A stretch of DNA of 64,000 nucleotides from Felis catus (taxonomy: Eukaryota). A program made the translations under genes and the position numbers. Where the stretch lies: positions 14,138,001 through 14,202,000 of the forward strand of contig NC_058368.1 of NCBI RefSeq assembly GCF_018350175.1. Direction: 5' to 3'. The notes beneath the pieces were generated by a model. It did no database searches and had not been told where the DNA came from. It was given only the letters and a program-made list of their open reading frames with translations. Below, in pieces: positions 26,534 through 38,327 of the stretch (its first letter is position 1; every line of letters starts with the position of its first letter).

Positions 26534-27920
26534 TAGTTGTTTCTAATCTTCTAGATTCTGAAATTAGTAAGTACTAGAATTTCCATTTGATTTTTTTCAT
26601 AGTTTTTCTCTTCCAATTGTCTATCTTGTCTATAATTTGCATGAATATATGAGACATAGGTATTTCAAGTCTTGGTTTCATTATTGGGCTTTTGGACTAT
26701 ATGTATGATTTTGTGTTTCTGTTAGTATTGGATAATACATTTTTTTCTAATGCCATTTGTTTTAATTCTAGTGTGAAGAACCTGGTATATGAGAGATTAT
26801 AAAGGTACAAAATGTTGGATTTTTCCAGAAAAAAAATTACATTTGTTTCTGGTAGGCACTATCAATTCTAGATAACATAATATAGTCAAGGTTATAGGGC
26901 TTAGTCTTTTTTCTGGTTTACCACTACTCTAGGGTTCCAACTTGAATCATAAGGATTTTTCTAAGTTCTCCCTGCCTTTGGTGGGTCCTAAACTTCAGTT
27001 TTTCTCCATAAATTTGTTAAAAGTTTGTTCAACTGCTGAGTCATTAAACTGCTTCTTCTAAACCATGTCCATATGAAAAAGGGGCCCAAATGCCAAAATC
27101 ACCTCTTTTAGGATTTCATCTTTTTAAGAATCATCATCAAATATTTGGCCCCTGCCTTAATGTTCCATTACCCTTAAAGAGGTATTTTTTCTTTCGGTTC
27201 GGTTTCTGTCTAGTTGTTTAGCTGTTGTCAGCAGGAAGATCAGCCAATTAGTAACGGTGAAAATCCAAATTATTTTTATATAGCTAGTTTGTTTATTACC
27301 ATATATTAAATTGAGTATAAGCATTGAAATAGCTTAGTTTTATTTTTTAATCACTACTTTAAACTAGATTATGCCATATCCATTTATTTTGTCCCTTAAT
27401 TACATCATGGGCAAATTTGATTTTCTTATAATCTTCAAGCTATACAAAAGATTAGTCAAATATAATGTAAATTCTAATATTTCATCTAATAAAAATCTCT
27501 TCAGCTCTTTCGCTGGCTCTTTTTATATTAGGGTCTTAATGGCATTTCTCTTTCCTGTCTTTTCTTTAAACTTATCTATATTTTTACTCTTAAAGTAGGG
27601 TTTTCATAATGTGTCATTGGACCCAGCTTTTTTTTTATTATCAATTTGACAATTGACAATATATTTTACATTTAATGTTATTACTGATATGGTTGCATTT
27701 ATATCTATCAACTTGCTACTTGTTTTCTAAAAACTATTATTTCCCATCTTTTTTTACTTTTTTTATCCCTCTATTTCTGCTTTCTCTTGGATTAATAGGG
27801 CATTTTTTGTATCATTCTTTTTTCTCTCCAATATTGGCTTATTGTTTATTCAGCTGTAAAATATTTTCAGAGCTGCCCAAGGCTTACAATAAAAATCCTT
27901 AAGGTATTACAGTCTTTATT

Positions 27921-28117
27921 CATTTTTTTATTCTTTTAATGTTTATTTGAGAGACAGAGCAAGCGGGGAAGGAGCAGAGAGAGAGAAGAGAATCCCAAGT
28001 AGGCTCTGCACTGTCAGCTCAAAGCTCGACACAGGGCTCGATTTCCTGACCATGAGATCATGACATGAGCTGATATCTAGAACCAGGTGATTAACTGATT
28101 GAGCCACCAGGCACCCC
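27921..28117 (-). mobile_element. Older CanSINE
   Basis: SINE body ending caggcacccc. Confidence 0.88.
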
Positions 28118-28335
28118 TAAATTTTTATAATCTTTAATAGTTTTATACTCTTTCATGTGTTGTGTAAGATTCTTATAATGGTTTACTTTTACTTTACTTT
28201 TAATTACTCTGTCATCCTTTATGTTAATGTTGTCATATTTTACCTTTATATGTCTTTTTAAGAAACAATGCATCACTACTCTTTTTGCTGTGTAAAGTGC
28301 ATTATCTTTAGCGCAATTAAAAATAAATGAGTTTA

Positions 28336-28558
28336 GGGGCGCCTGGGTGGCGCAGTCGGTTAAGCATCCGACTTCAGCCAGGTCACGATCTCGCGGTCCG
28401 TGAGTTCGAGCCCCGCGTCAGGCTCTGGGCTGAGGGCTCGGAGCCTGGAGCCTGTTTCCGATTCTGTGTCTCCCTCTCTCTCTGCCCCTCCCCCATTCAT
28501 GCTCTGTCTCTCTCTGTCCCAAAAATATATAAAAAAATGTTGAAAAAAAATTAAAAAA
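28336..28558 (+). mobile_element. Young felid CanSINE
   Basis: Intact A box tggcgcagtcgg and B box gttcgagcc. TSD aaaaataaatgagttta. Confidence 0.97.
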
Positions 28559-28693
28559 AAAAATAAATGAGTTTAATATTTACTCTTATTTATCATTTCT
28601 AGCCTTCTTAGTATGTTTGTAGAAACATAAGTTTACATCAGGTATTATATTTCTTAGTCTTGAAGAACCTCCTTTAAAAGTTCTTGTACTGCA

Positions 28694-28900
28694 GGGGTGT
28701 CTGGGTGGCTCAGTCGGTTAAACATCCGACTTCGGCTCAGGTCATGATCTCCCTGTCTGAGTTTGAGCCCCGTGTCGGGTTCTGTGCAGACAGCTCAGAG
28801 CCTGGAGCCTGCTTCTGATTCTGTCTCTCTCTATCTGTCCTCCCCTGCTCGCATTCTGTCTCTGCCTCTCTCACAAAAATAAATAAACATTAAAAAAAAA
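28694..28900 (+). mobile_element. CanSINE
   Basis: Head, CT region, A tail, TSD-like aaaagttcttg. Confidence 0.92.
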
Positions 28901-29247
28901 AAAGTTCTTGCACTCCAAGGCATATACATGGATCTCTCAGTTTTTGTTTCTTTGGAAAAATTCTTCTCTGCCTTCATTTTTGAAAGATATTTTTGTTTGT
29001 TTGTTTGTTTTGGCCAGAAATAGAATTGTGGCCAACATTTTTTTGAAGTGGATTTGAAATAGATTTCATGCCACTGTCTTCTGGCCTGCCTCTTCCTGGT
29101 GAGGTCATTCTTTCCTTTTTCCTCTTTGCATGATGAGTCTTTATTCTCTGAAAGCCTTCTTTAAATTTTTGTCTACTTTTGGGTTTCAGTATTTTATTAT
29201 GACAAATATAAGTTATTAATTTTTGTTGTGCTTGCTTCCTGGGATTC

Positions 29248-29458
29248 TTTTTTTTTTAAGGTTTATTTATTTTTGAGAGAGACAGAGACAGAGCTTGAGT
29301 GGGGGAGGGGCAGAGAGAGAGGGAGACAGAATCGGAAGCAGGCTCTAGGCTCTGAGCTGTCAGCACAGAGCCTGATGCGGGGCTCGAACCCACGGACAGT
29401 GAGATCATGACCTGAGCTGAAGTCAGACGCCCAACTGACTGAGCCACCCAGGCACCCC
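29248..29458 (-). mobile_element. CanSINE
   Basis: Full body, TSD-like ttcctggg.ttctt. Confidence 0.92.
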
Positions 29459-29565
29459 TTTCCTGGGCTTCTTGCATGCATGGTTTGAGGAACTTAATCA
29501 TTTTGGGAAAATTATTATTCATTATCTCTTAACATATTTCTTCTGACCGATTTTCTCTCTCTCCC

Positions 29566-30182
29566 TGTATTAGTTTTTTATTGCTACCATAATGAATTGC
29601 CACAAATTTAGCAGCTTGAAACAATACTCATTTATTATGACACAGTTCTGGAGGTTAAAAGTCCAACACAGGTCACATTGAAAACCCTGCTATTTGCAGG
29701 GCTGCTTGCTAGTTGGAGGCTTTGGAAGTAAACCAGGTTCATTCAGGTTGTTGGCAGAATTCACCGCCGGGCCGCTGTAGGACAACAGCCCTGTTTATTT
29801 GCCCGTTGTCAGTCAGGGCTGTCCTTAGCTCCTAGAGAGTCCTTTTTCTAGTCCTTGCATATGACCCCTTCATTCAGAACCAGTGAAAGTGTATCACATT
29901 CTTCTCACACTTGGGACCTCTCTGGCTTCACCTTCTGACATGTCTTTTATGTCTTTCTCTTCTACTACAACTCCCTGATGCCACCAAGAGGGTTTTCTGC
30001 TTTTTTAGGGCTCCTGTGGTTGCATTAGGCCCACCTACATAATCCAGGATAATGTCGCTATCTCAGTGTGTAAAGCGTGAATTTCATTTTAGAGTCCCTA
30101 TTGCCATGTAACATAACTGACTCACAAGTTCCAGGGATTATGGTTTAGGTACCTTTGGGCAGCCATTATTTGACATACCACA
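29566..30182 (-). mobile_element. MLT1-type (MaLR) solo LTR
   Basis: tgtattagtt...cacaaatttagcagcttgaaacaa...cacagttctggagg start and ...gccattatt...taccaca end (TG...CA). Confidence 0.82.
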
Positions 30183-33100
30183 TTTTTCTTCTGGAATTTT
30201 AATGACATTTATATAGACTATTTGATACTCTTCCACAGCTCTTGAATGCACTTGCATTCAAAGAATATATGTATTCTTCTTTCATTTTATATATGTATAT
30301 ATATATATATACATATATATATGTATATATATATATCCTCCTTTTATTTCAATATGCCTTTTTTAATTGGCCTTTCATCAAATTTGCTAATTCTTTCCTT
30401 AACTTTATTGAATCTGTTGATAAGCCCATTGAACGCGTTATCTTTTTTCTCTATTTTTGTATTTCCATCATTGTGTCTTTTTTACAGTTTCTTACTTTGC
30501 TAAAATTCCCTGTTTATGCACATTGACTTATCTTTTCAAGTATTAATTAACTCCCAACATGTTAAACATAGTTATTTTAAATCTCCAATAGTTCCAACAC
30601 CTGGTTTCTCTGTGATTCTGATCCTATCCTTTTGTGATTCTGACTTTGTCGGTTTTTCTTCTTTGTGTGTCTTGTACTTCTTGGTCGAAAACTGGACATT
30701 ATCTATAGTTTAGTCATAACTGACATGGTATTTATCCTGGAAAAGGGCTTGCCTCTTATGCTAGGCCTCTCCTATTGTAGCTTAAATTATTCTACCCAGG
30801 AGTTGAGCTAGGTTTGTGTTTTCTTGTTTTAAATACTCTCACTGCAACTCATGCCTTAAATTTCACTACATTTACCTTGACTTTATGTAGAGGCTGACTT
30901 GTCAGAATGTTTTACTCAGTGTTCCTATTGAAGGCTTTCTTTCGATCCTATATTTCCTATATTTCAAAGAGGTTCCCTCCACAACAGTCGTCTGCTGTAT
31001 CTGTACTGGGTACTTGCAAGCCTGGTTTGTGGTGGGCATGGGTTGTTTCCTGTTGTTCTGCTCCAGACTGGGTTTTAGGCAAGTGCTGCCCCGGGTCTTG
31101 TGTGTGGGACTTGCTACTGATCCTGCCCATTTGCAAGTGGTTGGAGAATCTCTAAATATCAGGACTTCCTGCTCTCCCTCAGAAAAGTTTTGTTTTTTTT
31201 TTTCTGTTCCCTTTCTCTAGCTGCAAAAGGCTCTCTCTGGTACCCTGAACGTGACCGGTCTTGCCGCCCTGTTCTAAGACAGATAAGGCTTTTGTTCCGC
31301 AGAGGTTATAGAGAAGAAGGTCCAGGCTGGGCTTTATGTCTTTTCTACAACAGCCACCGCTTCCCTTGCTTAGCCTGCAGCGGTGAAAGGACTTTCTCAG
31401 TCTTCCATGCTGCCCCCGGTCTCTCTCATGAGTAATGGTGAGGTTTGTGGACAAGAGCCTGCAAATTACCGCAGACTCCCCTTGTGCTTGCAGCGCTGAA
31501 GATTTCATTCTCTCACATTAGCTCACACTTGGACTCGATCAACTTATTAAAAGTGTTAGCTGATTTCCTCTTACCAGTCTATGGAGGACCCAGTGTTTCT
31601 TCTTCCTGGGCTCTGCCCCGAGGAAGCAAGTTCTTCATCCCTCCCTTGTCTTCTTAAGGGTCTGGTCTTTCTTCAGATTTCAAGGCTAATTGGTTGTCCT
31701 GCGATCTCAGCAATCTGCTAGATCCTAAAAGTGCTATAATTCTATATATTTTCTGACTTTTTCTTGTGATCAGTGTGGGAGTGACCATTTCCAGCTTTCT
31801 GCATCTTAAGTGGAAGTTTTCTATTTTTTTTAATTTGAATTTCTAACTCATGATATTTCAAATTGTATTTTCAAAAAATATTATGTGAGCCAAGCACTAT
31901 ACTAACAGCACCCATTAACAGACTACAGTCACAGGAAAGATATTCTCAGAGCACTGTATACAGGCGGTTTACTGAAGAATGTTCTTCACATCACCTATAA
32001 GTGGGAAGGGAGAACTGGTCTGAGGAGAAGTGAGGCGATTGGAAGGGAGGACCTAGGTCATTCTGTGGGAAAGCACTAAAACCAGGAGTGCCTGGCTGCC
32101 CCAGTCAGAAGCATATACGACTCTTGTGTTAAAAATATTATTTACTAGGAAAAGTTTTATTATTTCATTTTTATATCACCTATTTAAAAGACAATTAGCC
32201 TTACTCTTTATAGCACTAGGTCTGTTGTGTGGTCTCAGTTAAATGACGTATTTTCTGAACTTTATAGTTAAATTTTATATTTTATTTGACTAGTTCACTA
32301 GAAAGGAGGAGTATTTCCATTTCAGTTTGTTTTTTTTTTCTTTTTGTCTGAGACACATGCAATTAACAATTTCCAAACATGCACTGTAAAAAAGCTTTTA
32401 TAGCTATCTAAAGACATCCCAGCATTACATTTCTTAGAACTTGAAAAAAATGCATGTTTGGAATTCAATTTACCTTATAAAAGAGTGAATAAAATACTTC
32501 CTTACAGTAGAATTCTATTGAGATTCAATTTCTTAATCTTCTGTAATTTCATCTTCTTTCTTAATCTGTACTCATGCACTTGAAAATGTATATGATTCTG
32601 TTTAAAAAGAATAAGGAGAAAATGTCAGTTTTTTAATTTAGAAGTCCATGTGGAGATAAAGTAGGCAAGAATTTTTTCAGCTTCACGTGTTCATTAGTTG
32701 CTATAAACCTAGACAGTTATAGCGGAAAAAGCTGTTTACCAGTAGGTCACAAGGTTACAGAACCTAAGATTCAGGGCACATTTACTCTTCACTTGTCTAG
32801 TATGTTAAATTATATTTCACATTAGAAACTTAGTGAAAACTAAACAAAATATTTAAAGTCAATGTTTGTCGATTCCCATAGTATGTAGCTGATTAAGAAT
32901 TTACAACTTATGGTTTTGCTTCATTAATACTCTCCTAATGTTTCCTTTTTATCTAAGTTTACTTAAGCAAATCACTTCACTTACCTATGCCTATATTTCC
33001 TAATTTACATAGGAGCATTTGAATACTGAAATCTGTTGTGGAATTTCACTAGTGTAATAATTTCTTTTATATATGAGTTGTATCTTTTATTGTACATTAC

Positions 33101-33338
33101 TTAAAGTTACATAATTACTTTCATTCTAGATTTTATTATTATATACATAACTTTTTTATGATGTAAGAAGTGAGGAAATTTAAGAATTTTAATGTACCAA
33201 ATTAAATTATCAAGTATTTATTATATTTATGACATGCTAAAAGGACCTAGGAGGATACAAAAGTTAAAACTAAAAGTAAGAATTATAACTTTATGACGTG
33301 ACACAAACATAAAGGAGTTTCTTAAAATAAAACTCACA

Positions 33339-33541
33339 GGGCACCTGGGTGACTCAATAAGTTAAGCATCCACCTCTTAGTTTCAGCTCAGGTAATGATC
33401 TCATGGTTCATGAACTCGAGCCCCGCATCAGGCTCTGCAGTAACAGTGCAGAGCCTGCTTGGGATTCTTTCTCTCTGCAGCCCCCATCCCTGCATCTCTC
33501 TCATTCTCAAAACAAACAAACAAACAAACAAAGAAACAAAC
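33339..33541 (+). mobile_element. Older CanSINE with (CAAA)n tail
   Basis: SINE body, TSD aaactcaca. Confidence 0.88.
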
Positions 33542-33956
33542 AAACTCACAACATAAGCAGTGTCCTAAATGAAAGTAGAATTGTTATTATTTTCTAGAAT
33601 TCTAAACTTTATCTGAAGTTTACTTTCCTTTAAAAGACATTGTGAGGAAGCTGTAACTCTTAATGACAACAATAACAAAACCCTGTCCATTTTCTTCACT
33701 GTAAAAAAGTGAGGATGAAACATTTCCACTTAGCATAGCTTGTTGTTTGATAGAGCTATCTGGCAGTATTATTTAATGATGATTTTATGTAGTTAAAACA
33801 TTTGGTCTCTTGCTGGGTAAAATATTACTTTATCCCTCATTAGCAAATTAAAATTATGGTTACAGGATGATATGTAAGAGCATCATTTAGTATTCTATTG
33901 AGTTTTATAAGAAATTAGTTGCTTATTAAAATCCTATTTTGCGGGGGTTGCGGAGG

Positions 33957-34173
33957 GGAGGTGCCTGGGTGGCTCAGTCAGTTAAGCTTCCAACTTCAGC
34001 TCAAGTCATGACCTCACGGCTCGTGGGTTCGAGCCCTGCCTCATGCTCTATGCTGACATCTCAGAGCCTGGAGCCTGCTTCGGATTCTGTGTCTCCCTCT
34101 CTCTCTGCCCCTTCACCCTTGTGCTCTGTCTCTGCCTCTCAGAAATGAATATATGTTTAAAAACACTTTTTAA
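33957..34173 (+). mobile_element. CanSINE
   Basis: SINE body. TSD aaaatcctatt at 33928-33938 and 34174-34184. Confidence 0.92.
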
Positions 34174-34834
34174 AAAATCCTATTGTAGGGATTCACTCAC
34201 TGAGAAATGTCTGTTTTTATCCATTACCCTTAAGATAATTAGTACATATGTATACACACTCATGTAAATATTTGCTTAGATTAATTGAAGTTTCTATTTG
34301 ATCTGTAACTTAATCACTTAGAACACTATTGTTGCAATTCTGATGCTTCTAAATCATACATAAACCCATAAATTAGGGGAAAAAGTCATAAACTAGGGAA
34401 AAAATACACCTGGATTTAATTACACAATAGTATATTATGATAATATAACTGATGTGGACCTTTATACATCTAAAATTTTTCTAAAGTAATTTCACTCTCA
34501 TTAAATAATCTTAAATAAAAATATTCATGCTTCACTCAGAATTCAAGTACAGAAGCAAACAACAGCATCTGGATTTTTCTCCTTTTCGTAGGTTTGCTCT
34601 TCTCATTCTTACTCATCTTTCCTTAAAGGATGGGATTACTTTAGCTGGGAAATCATAGGACATGATCCTGGAGATAAGAAGGAATGAATTAAGTAGACAT
34701 GAAAAAGGAGCTCTGTCCATCTATATTCACTAAAGTCAGACATAACTTACTGTGATTATTTTATGACTTCAGGTAGCCTTGTCTTTGCTAGCTATTTTAT
34801 TCTAATTTACTAGTAGTAAATCTTCTCACTGAAA

Positions 34835-35019
34835 CAGTTATCCTCCAAGTGTGTTTCCTGGATCAGCAGTAGCAAGCCACCTGAGAATGTGTTAGAAGTG
34901 CAAATTCTCACAGTACACCCAAACCTGCTGAATCAGAAGTTAGGGGGATGGGGTTCTAGGAGTCTGTTTAACCAGCATTACAGATGATTCTAATCTACAC
35001 GAAAGTTTGAGAACCATTG
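34835..35019. mobile_element. MER5A hAT-Charlie MITE
   Basis: gttagaagtgcaaattctca...cctgctgaatcagaa...aagtttgagaaccattg. Confidence 0.85.
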
Positions 35020-35624
35020 TGTTAAAAGAAGGTTCTAGGTTCAGGAATAACGGAGTAAGGGAGAATATTGAAAATTCTGTTTATCTCCGGCAAGTCTTCA
35101 CAGCTGCACCCGAGTCCCTTTCTTGCCTCGAGTTGTTCCTCCAGAATAGTCTTTGTGGAAGTGCTCACACCAGTTTTCTGAGTTTTTGTCTAAACCTGTT
35201 CATCCAAATAAGAGAAGAAAAAGTCAAATAGAAGTGCTAATGGTGAGGCTTTGAGTACACAAATGAATCAGATCATGCTATTTCCAAGTTAAGAAAGAAG
35301 GAATCCTGTCTGTTCCCTTATCCCTATTTAATCATTTCACAATGCAGTTCTTTAGTTTTAAGTATTAGTAATATATGGAAAATTATTCTGTGATTAATAA
35401 CCTTTTTGGCATTTATGTTTTTCCTCATACGTAGCCAAAATGTTACTTAGCTTTGTGGCTGAACTTTTGTTTTGAAGCATTGTTCAATTTTTTGCCATAG
35501 ATGTCTTCGATGTAGAACAGTGTGTGTTCATCTACCATTGTATTATTATAGTGATTTTGCTTTTTTAAGTCAGAGCCACATTTTGTAAGAGTAAATATAG
35601 TTTTGTTGTATTCGAAGTAGTTGT

Positions 35625-35830
35625 GATAAGAGCTACCGTGACTGACCTCTCACAGTGTGCCGGGTACTTTTCTGTGCACTTTACATGCCTTAGCTCATTT
35701 AATCCTCACCAGTCGTACTCCAGTCATCTTCATTTGGTAGGCAAAGGAAGTCTTAATGTCCCACGCTCCCCTAGGTCGCCTCAGAACCAGCATTCTAGTC
35801 CAAGCAGTCTTACTTCAGAGCACTTACTTC
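35625..35830 (-). mobile_element. MIR fragment
   Basis: tgtgcc...gcactttacatgc..tagctcatttaatcctcac. Confidence 0.65.
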
Positions 35831-36529
35831 TAAGACAGAAAGTTAGATGTTACCAGATTATTTATTTGCTTGGGCAGAATTATTTTCTTCACCTCTGTTC
35901 TTTTTTTACATACACTACTTAAAGTATTTTTAAGAATGTCAAATAGTGTTTATATAAGGCCATATAATTTAATGAAATAATATAAATCATATTACAGGGA
36001 TCAATAACTAAAAGTAAATGGGCTTATGAGGTGGAAAATGCCTACTTTAGCACAGCAATTTAGTTGTATTACAGAGGATTCTAGTTACTGCGTTATTAGT
36101 CTAGCCTTCCAGGGAATTTTTAGGTAACTCTGGCGAACAAAGGTTAATTCTTTGTAACCGACATAATGATCCCTGTAGGGGGTGTTCAAAACAGCTCTCT
36201 TTCATAGATAGAAGGATAGTCACAGAAGACATAGAAGAACAATTTTTCTTGATGCTCCTTAGAGCTACGAGCAGAGTCTATGGCCCTTGCGGGTTACACA
36301 ATCCCAACAGCTTTTCACAGAATAGTCATTCCACGTTAGCTGAAGTCTTCAGAGTAGCCTTATGTCTGATGTGAAACCGTACAGGGTGTCCCTTCTACTG
36401 AAACTGGTACGATTCCATGGGTTAGAATTGTATTTTCGTGATTTTTCAAGATTTTAATTTAGAAGTAAACTTTATTTGACTTTTTATATTGAATTATATT
36501 TACTAGTCTTTATGTCTTAATTTCAACAG

Positions 36530-36657
36530 CATCACTGCAAAACTTGAAAGAGCTTTAGAAAAAGTTGCTCCTCTTCTTCGTGAAATTTTTGTAGACTTTG
36601 CCCCATTCCTATCTCGTACACTTCTTGGCAGTCATGGACAAGAGCTATTGATAGAAG
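36530..36657 (+). CDS. NBEA: Neurobeachin internal coding exon D (128 bp, phase 2 to phase 1)
   Basis: Acceptor ttaatttcaacag| and donor G|gtatga. Encodes (S)[42 protein letters not shown](G), a segment conserved between NBEA and LRBA. The next exon (LVCMKSS...) was not found in the window. Confidence 0.96.
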
Positions 36658-37691
36658 GTATGATTTCTCTCTCTATTCTAATTATTTTAGTTTCCTATAA
36701 TGTATCTCTTAATCATGACGTAATTTGTACTTCTGGAGGAATATTTATTGCCAAAAGAACGTAAAGACATTGCTTCCACAAATTCGAATACGATACTCCT
36801 GTATGCTTTCTTCTTATTCATTTTTTAAGAATAACATGTTTTCACAGTCAGTGCTAATAACAGAATGGAGAAGTGTGAAAAAGTGTTGGACTAGGAGACT
36901 CTGGCTCTTACAAACCTAGTCTACCAGGGGTGTGGTGTAGCCTTCATTAGACGGTGTGTGTCCTATGCATTACTCTCTGTAAGAGCCGTGCTTCTGCAAG
37001 TGACTTCTTACTCCCCTAACATTTGTAATGTGACAATTCTTCACTGAGAAAATGTAAAGAAATACTTAACCTGGAGTTGATGAAGTTGTTGTCTTTTACT
37101 CAACAGCAGCTTCAATGGAGTGAGGAGGGAAACCAGATAAATTAATTGTTGTGAAGATTTAATTAATGCACCTGTATTAGGAGAGCAGCTTTGAAAATAT
37201 GGTTTTCTGAAGCCTTACTTCTTTAACATGTTTGTTTTATAAATATTCATGAGCTTCAGAAAGGGGTAATCTCAATATCTAGATGATCCTGTGAGGACAT
37301 AATGGCCGTAGGTACTGTTCCTTGGATTTAGCAGCCTTACGTATATATCCTTTTGCTTTTCACTTTCTATTTACTGTCATTTTCCTGTGACTGTTCTGTC
37401 ATTGTCTCAACTGCTTTTACACAAGAGAGGCAGTAATAGTTAATAACTTGACTCGGTTAGCCTAGAAAGTAACTTAGAAAGTTACATCCTTTCTGTAAAA
37501 TGTAGTCAGTGATAGCACCTCCCTCCCAGGGTTCTTGTGAGAATTAAATTATATAATGCCTATAAAATGTCTTAGAACAGTGACACATGGGTGAGCTATT
37601 CATTTAAAAAAAAAAACAAAACACTGAGTTCTTGTTCTAGGCCAAGCATTTTCTTAGGTACTTAGAATATATTCGCATATCACAGACGAAG

Positions 37692-38030
37692 ATGTGGAAT
37701 CTACAAAAGAAAGCAAGTGAACAAACAAACAAAAGCAGAAACAGACCCATGAATACAGAGAACAGACTCTTGGTGACCAGAGAGGAGAGGGGTGGGGAGA
37801 TGGGCAAAATGGGATTGGCAGACACAGGCTTCCAGTTATGGAATGAATAAGTCACAGGGATGAAAAGTTACAGCATAGGGAATACAGCGAGAAGTATTAT
37901 AATAGTGTTGGATGGTGACAGACGGTGAGCATAGCATAACATACGAAGTTGTTGAATCACTATGTTGTACACCTGAAACTAATCTAACGCTGCGTGCCAA
38001 CGATACTTTAATAAAACAACAACAAAACAC
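37692..38030 (+). mobile_element. L1 3' UTR fragment (older carnivore/L1MA-type)
   Basis: tgtggaatcta...gaatcactatgttgtacacctgaaactaat...aataaaa tail. Confidence 0.85.
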
Positions 38031-38120
38031 ACCTTAATTAAAAAAATATTCCCTGCCTTGAGTTTATATTCCATCAAGGAGAGGTCACTTAGATAAACGT
38101 TAAACACAATAAATAAATTA

Positions 38121-38327
38121 TATAGCATGTTAGAAGGTGGTAGATGCTACGTTAAAGGATAAGTCCAACACGGGTTTGGGATGATAAAAACAGCAGGGTC
38201 AGGTTGCAGTTTTAAAGAGGGTGATTTATTAAATAAACCGCAACTTGACCCTGCCGTTTTTATCATCCCAAACCCTGTGTTGGACATATCCTTTAACGTA
38301 GCATTTACCATCTTCTAACATGCTATA
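38121..38327. repeat. Long inverted repeat (arms 38121-38212 and 38235-38327, 22-nt spacer)
   Basis: Manual alignment of the left arm to the reverse complement of the right arm gives 6 substitutions and 1 single-base indel over 92/93 bp. Confidence 0.97.

Larger units (their letters stand above)
16130..31850 (-). mobile_element. Nested block of ancient L1M fragments, antisense to NBEA, with younger insertions
   Basis: Several L1 3'-end antisense signatures (~16150, ~17850, ~20570), degenerate ORF2 antisense, and ORF1/5'UTR-like sequence at ~25600-31800. Strongly T-rich. Boundaries approximate. Confidence 0.75.

Noticed and set aside
28336..28420. tRNA-like A/B box sequences
   Set aside because: These are tRNA-derived SINE heads followed by a CT tract and A tail, not tRNA genes.
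1175..36657. NBEA pseudogene copy or LRBA instead of NBEA
   Set aside because: All four exons are open, phase-compatible and have canonical splice sites, and the peptide matches NBEA rather than LRBA as I recall them.
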